Shown here: in pieces, positions 26,093 to 30,209 of the stretch
How the letters are laid out: each line of letters opens with the position of its first letter
Position numbering within the stretch: position 1 is the first letter of the stretch
Assembly: GCA_900553015.1 (NCBI GenBank)
Contig: USBY01000018.1
Span: 1-30,209 of the forward strand
Length of the DNA: 30,209 bases
Reading direction: 5' to 3'
Source of the DNA: an uncultured Clostridium sp.
GTDB taxonomy: Bacteria > Bacillota > Clostridia > TANB77 > CAG-508
Translations under genes and position numbers: made by a program
The notes under the pieces: model-generated
Databases searched by the model: none
Seen by the model: the letters and a program-made list of their open reading frames with translations, nothing else
What the model was told of the DNA's origin: nothing

Positions 26093-27625
26093 TTAAGGTA
26101 ATTCTATCTTTAAATGTTCGTTTTTCAAATCTTTTAATTTATTATTTATACAATTGGCAATTTTATCATTATAATCATTATGTTTTTCGATTAGATTAAT
26201 ATAATAATTTAATTTCTTTAAATAATTTTCTGAATTATTATTTTTTAAATATAAATCATAATAAATATAAATTAATTCCTCTAAAGATTCAGTAAGCTCA
26301 TCAGAAGATTCTTCAAATAAAGAAATTGCTTTAGTTAAATCTTTATGAATTCCAATTTCTAAACAACCATCTTTATAAAAATATTTTGCTAAATTATATT
26401 TAGCCCAATTACACAAAGTAAATTTTGGTGATTCGCTAGACAAAGTGTAATAATCAAAAGCCTTTTGTAAATTTATATTTCCTATTTTTCCTAGTCTGTA
26501 AAATTCACCAACTCTATTTTGAGCCCAACTATCACCTAAATTAGCAGATTTCATATAATAATCAAAAGCAAGTTTTAAGTCATTTCGAGCCTCGTAAATC
26601 TTACCAAGATTATTAAATGCATATACATGTCCCATATCTGCTGCAATTTTAAACATTTCAATTGCTTTTTCTTCATTTTTAGAAATATGGGGAATAGTAC
26701 CACAAAGTAGCATATTACCAATACTTGTGTAAGCGTTGGCACAATTTAGTTTCCTAGCTTTGTTAAAATATTTTAAAGCTAAATATATATCATGTTTAGA
26801 TTTAGTACCAATATGCCCTTCATAATATAAATAACCAATAGCCCAATTAGCTATGGGATGATTAGCCTTTGCAGCGACTTGATAGTAATCATAAGCTTTT
26901 TCATATCTAGCAATTCCTGTTATAATTCCATAACATTCCATAGAAGCCATCTCAAAACACGCAAAAGGATTGCCATGCCTTGCTAATTCATAAATGCCTC
27001 TAATAGACCAAATGCCAGAAGTTAATTGGATATTAATAAAATCTTCAATATCATTTACAGAAATATTTGTATCATATATTTTCTTTTCAATTATATTATT
27101 TAAATTTTCGTCAATATAAATAGGTTGTTTTTTATCTAAAACAGTATAAAATAAAACTTCTGCTATAAAATTATATAAATCGTTATTAGCCAAATTTGAA
27201 TGTAATCGATTAGAAAGATTAGTTGTAATATCCGAGTCATTTTTACTAATAGAATATAGTCGTGTACAAATATGACGCATTTTTTCATTTGTATTAAAAA
27301 TATTAATTGTAATTTTTGCTGGAACATTAATATCTATTAATTTTAATATTTCCGAAAAAATAGGGAGTAAAGTGTTAGGATTTTTAATATATTCACTTTT
27401 TAAACTTTTAACATAATTTTTATATGTAGAATTAATTGCTCTAAAACCTGTACAATAATTATTAACAGTGCTATCTGCAATTGAATCTGTATTAAAAATT
27501 ATAGAGAATAAATCTGCTTGCCAAAAGCTTGCCGAATTATTGCTTTCTTCTTTTAAAATTCTAAAAAAATTACCAAAAGATAAATAATTATCATTTATAT
27601 TTAAACGAATAAAATTCTTTTTCAT
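26093..27625 (-). CDS. Sel1-like/TPR repeat protein
   Basis: Repeated A..Y..G.G......A..W/YF.KAA..G...A...LG..Y modules through the C-terminal 300 aa; 510 aa. Confidence 0.6.
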   Translation of the reverse strand: MKKNFIRLNINDNYLSFGNFFRILKEESNNSASFWQADLFSIIFNTDSIADSTVNNYCTGFRAINSTYKNYVKSLKSEYIKNPNTLLPIFSEILKLIDINVPAKITINIFNTNEKMRHICTRLYSISKNDSDITTNLSNRLHSNLANNDLYNFIAEVLFYTVLDKKQPIYIDENLNNIIEKKIYDTNISVNDIEDFINIQLTSGIWSIRGIYELARHGNPFACFEMASMECYGIITGIARYEKAYDYYQVAAKANHPIANWAIGYLYYEGHIGTKSKHDIYLALKYFNKARKLNCANAYTSIGNMLLCGTIPHISKNEEKAIEMFKIAADMGHVYAFNNLGKIYEARNDLKLAFDYYMKSANLGDSWAQNRVGEFYRLGKIGNINLQKAFDYYTLSSESPKFTLCNWAKYNLAKYFYKDGCLEIGIHKDLTKAISLFEESSDELTESLEELIYIYYDLYLKNNNSENYLKKLNYYINLIEKHNDYNDKIANCINNKLKDLKNEHLKIELP

Positions 27626-27783
27626 ATATAACCTCCAATAAATATATAAACATTATATTTACATAATATATAAAAGTCAATATAGAAGCGTGAAATAAAC
27701 GTGAAATAAAACAAAATACGTGAAAAAGTATGAGTTGATATTAGCATACAATAAAATATAGAATAGTAAAAAATAATAAGGAG

Positions 27784-28554
27784 TTGATTAATATAAATAT
27801 TTTAGGATTAAATATTAATTACATAGAGCAAGGCGAAGGAGATAATGTCTTAATTTTACCAGGTTGGGGAACAAATTATAATGTATATAAAAATTTAATA
27901 GACAATATCTCTAAATATGCAAAAGTATACTATTTTGATATGCCGGGTTTCGGAAAGTCCGAAGAACCTAAAGAAGCGTGGAATACTGATAATTTTATAG
28001 AATTAGTAAAAGAATTTATTAAAATAAATAAAATAGATAATATAACATTAATAGGACATTCAAATGGTGGAAGAATTGCAATAAAAATGTTAAGTGAAGG
28101 AAATTTAGAATTTAAAGTAAGAAGACTAATTTTAATCGGAAGTGCAGGAATAGTTCATAAAAAAACAGCGAAACAAAAAGTAAAATTATCTATAGTAAAA
28201 TTGGGTAAAAAACTATTAAATACGGGAATTGCAAAAAAGATTGCGCCAAATGCGCTAGAAAATTTAAAGAAAAAAATGGGATCAGTAGATTATCGTAATG
28301 CAACACCTGTTATGCGAAATACATTAGTAAAATTAGTAAATGAAGATTTAAAAGGAAGACTACCAAAAGTAAATGTTCCAACATTACTATTATGGGGAGA
28401 AAATGACACAGAAACACCATTTGATGATGCTAAAATCATGGAAAAAGAAATACCAAATGCAGGGTTAGTACCTTTTAAGGGGTGTTCTCATTATGTGTTT
28501 TTAGAAAGACCAGTACAAATAAATAATATAATTAAAAATTTTATGGGAAAATAA
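27784..28554 (+). CDS. Alpha/beta hydrolase fold protein
   Basis: Nucleophile elbow GHSNGG; C-terminal GENDTETPFDD ... H. The start codon is not canonical, see findings. Confidence 0.7.
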   Translation: MININILGLNINYIEQGEGDNVLILPGWGTNYNVYKNLIDNISKYAKVYYFDMPGFGKSEEPKEAWNTDNFIELVKEFIKINKIDNITLIGHSNGGRIAIKMLSEGNLEFKVRRLILIGSAGIVHKKTAKQKVKLSIVKLGKKLLNTGIAKKIAPNALENLKKKMGSVDYRNATPVMRNTLVKLVNEDLKGRLPKVNVPTLLLWGENDTETPFDDAKIMEKEIPNAGLVPFKGCSHYVFLERPVQINNIIKNFMGK

Positions 28555-28569
28555 ATTTGGAGGATATTT

Positions 28570-30114
28570 ATGAAGATAATAATTATAATAGAACTTATTA
28601 TAAATTATATATTATTGCTAATATTTAACACACATATGTTACAACTAAATTCATATTTCTTCTTAAAACATTTTAAATGGATGAGAAAAAATATAAAGAA
28701 ATTATTATTACAACTAATTTTAGTAATACCAACAATATTAATATATTTTAATAATACCATATTAAATATAGCTATAATAATTATTTTAGGAATTTCAATA
28801 ATATATAATATTCCAAAAAGAAATTCAAAAATATCATTAAAATATACTGGTAGAGTAAAAAGATTAATATTTACAGATATGCTAATATCACTATTAATTT
28901 TATTCGTTGGAGGAATACGAAATTATATAATAACTAAATTAATAATTATAAATGTATTTGCAAATATGCTAATAATATTATCAAATTTAGTAAATCACCC
29001 TATAGAAATGTTAGGAAGAAAGAGATACATAAACGATGCAAAAAGAATATTAAACGAAATGCCAAATTTACTAGTTATAGGAATAACAGGAAGTTATGGA
29101 AAAACTAGTATGAAAAATTTTTTGTATAGTTTATTATCAGAAAAATATGATGTTTTAAAAACTCCAAAAAACTATAATACAACAATGGGAGTTGTAAAAA
29201 CTATAAGAGAGAAATTAAAGCCAACTCATCAAATATTTTTGTGTGAGATGGGAGCAACAAATGTTGGTGATATTAAAGAAATATGTGATATTGTAAATCC
29301 AAAACTAGGAGTAATTACCTCTATAGGTCCACAACATTTAGAAAGTTTTAAAAGCATAGAAAATATAATAAAAACTAAATTTGAATTGGCAGACAGTGTA
29401 AAACAAAATAATGGAACTATATTTTTAAATTATGATAATGAATATATAAAGAATAAAGAATTAGATATGAACAAGATAACATATGGAGTAAATGATAAAT
29501 CACTAGATTATAATTCATATGATTTAGAATCTTCTTATAAAGGGCTAAAATTTAAAATTTTAGATAAAGAAGCTAACGAAGAAAAAGAATTAAAAACTAA
29601 ACTAATAGGAAGACACAACATTGTAAACATTACGGGTGCAATAGCTGTAGCAGATTATTTAAAAGTTCCAATGAAAAAAATTGCAGTAAAAGTAAGAGAA
29701 ATACAAAATGTAAAACATAGGTTAGAACTATTGCCAAAAGGTAATATTACGATAATAGATGATTCGTATAATGCAAATCCAATAAGTTCTAAATCAGCAG
29801 TTGATACATTAGGAGAATTTAAAGGAATAAAGATAATAGTTACCCCAGGTCTTATAGAACTTGGTAAAGAACAAGAAAAATATAATTATGAATTTGGAAA
29901 ATACATGGCGGATATTTGTGATTATATTTTCTTAGTTGGAACAGATAATTACGAAGCCATGCTTAAAGGAATAAAAGAAAAAAATTATGATGAACAAAAA
30001 GTATTTAAGGTGAATTTGCCACAAGAAGCTGTTAGTCAAATTATAAGTTGGAATTTAAAAAAAGAAGTAACAGTTTTATTGGAAAATGATTTACCAGATA
30101 ATTATAATTTATAA
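28570..30114 (+). CDS. MurF-like Mur-ligase (D-Ala-D-Ala-adding enzyme family) with an N-terminal polytopic membrane domain replacing the usual N-terminal domain
   Basis: ~150-aa hydrophobic N-terminus; Mur ligase P-loop GITGSYGKTS; ITSIGPQHLE; GRHNIVNITGAIAVA; MurF-typical DDSYNANP. Confidence 0.65.
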   Translation: MKIIIIIELIINYILLLIFNTHMLQLNSYFFLKHFKWMRKNIKKLLLQLILVIPTILIYFNNTILNIAIIIILGISIIYNIPKRNSKISLKYTGRVKRLIFTDMLISLLILFVGGIRNYIITKLIIINVFANMLIILSNLVNHPIEMLGRKRYINDAKRILNEMPNLLVIGITGSYGKTSMKNFLYSLLSEKYDVLKTPKNYNTTMGVVKTIREKLKPTHQIFLCEMGATNVGDIKEICDIVNPKLGVITSIGPQHLESFKSIENIIKTKFELADSVKQNNGTIFLNYDNEYIKNKELDMNKITYGVNDKSLDYNSYDLESSYKGLKFKILDKEANEEKELKTKLIGRHNIVNITGAIAVADYLKVPMKKIAVKVREIQNVKHRLELLPKGNITIIDDSYNANPISSKSAVDTLGEFKGIKIIVTPGLIELGKEQEKYNYEFGKYMADICDYIFLVGTDNYEAMLKGIKEKNYDEQKVFKVNLPQEAVSQIISWNLKKEVTVLLENDLPDNYNL

Positions 30115-30171
30115 ATATCTTAAGCTAAACGAAATATTCATAAAGAGATTAAAGGAAGGTAGGTAATTTTT

Positions 30172-30209
30172 ATGAAAATTAAATTAGGTGTTTTCTTTGG
30201 GGGAAAGAG
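30172..30209 (+). CDS. ddl: 5' end of a gene, probably D-alanine--D-alanine ligase (MKIKLGVFFGGK...)
   Basis: SD AAGGAAGGTAGG; the N-terminal MKIKxGVxFGG pattern is typical of Ddl. Only 12 codons visible. Confidence 0.3.
   Translation, partial: MKIKLGVFFGGK

Noticed and set aside
24036-27625. Integrated mobile element (prophage remnant or integrative island) at tRNA-Leu
   Set aside because: No integrase, recombinase or transposase ORF and no evident direct repeat of the tRNA 3' end; it is retained only as a weak composition-based island hypothesis in the findings.

Overview
AT-rich (roughly 25-30% GC by eye) chromosomal segment that looks Clostridium-like. It carries a type-2 IleRS, a reverse rubrerythrin next to a Fur/PerR-like regulator, and a tRNA-Leu(UAA). 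Most of it is housekeeping: a T-box leader plus ileS; tspO; the queA ... tgt ... secD/secF-like synteny block; tyrS; a Fur-family/rubrerythrin oxidative-stress pair; tRNA-Leu; and an alpha/beta-hydrolase / MurF-like / probable ddl start at the right edge. The stand-out region is the left 6.4 kb (441-6430). It is a tightly packed, translationally coupled five-gene operon on the + strand. Gene 1 is an 896-aa HerA/FtsK-superfamily (DUF87-like) P-loop ATPase with a ~400-aa N-terminal domain I cannot assign and a C-terminal Cys cluster. Gene 2 is a 67-aa very acidic protein. Gene 3 is an SPFH/band-7 protein with a C-terminal double zinc ribbon (YdjI/COG4260-like). Gene 4 is a polytopic membrane protein with a coiled-coil tail. 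Gene 5 is a protein with an N-terminal zinc ribbon and a C-terminal membrane anchor. I do not recognise this combination as a named system; it reads like a membrane-associated stress or defence module. A short leader ORF containing a perfect (AC)11 microsatellite, closed by a strong hairpin/terminator, lies immediately upstream. Other notable items: two copies of a ~100-nt conserved hairpin-containing intergenic element; a family of tandem GGGATTTGG... direct repeats built into two terminators; a palindromic GAACTTTAAGG element on both sides of tspO; a Nudix/nucleotidyltransferase/GNAT cassette inserted between queA and tgt; divergent SecD/SecF-like proteins; an RBS-sequestering hairpin; and a MurF-like ligase whose N-terminal domain is replaced by a polytopic membrane domain. 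No CRISPR array, transposase or integrase was seen. All calls are from reading the sequence and motif recognition; no database searches were possible.
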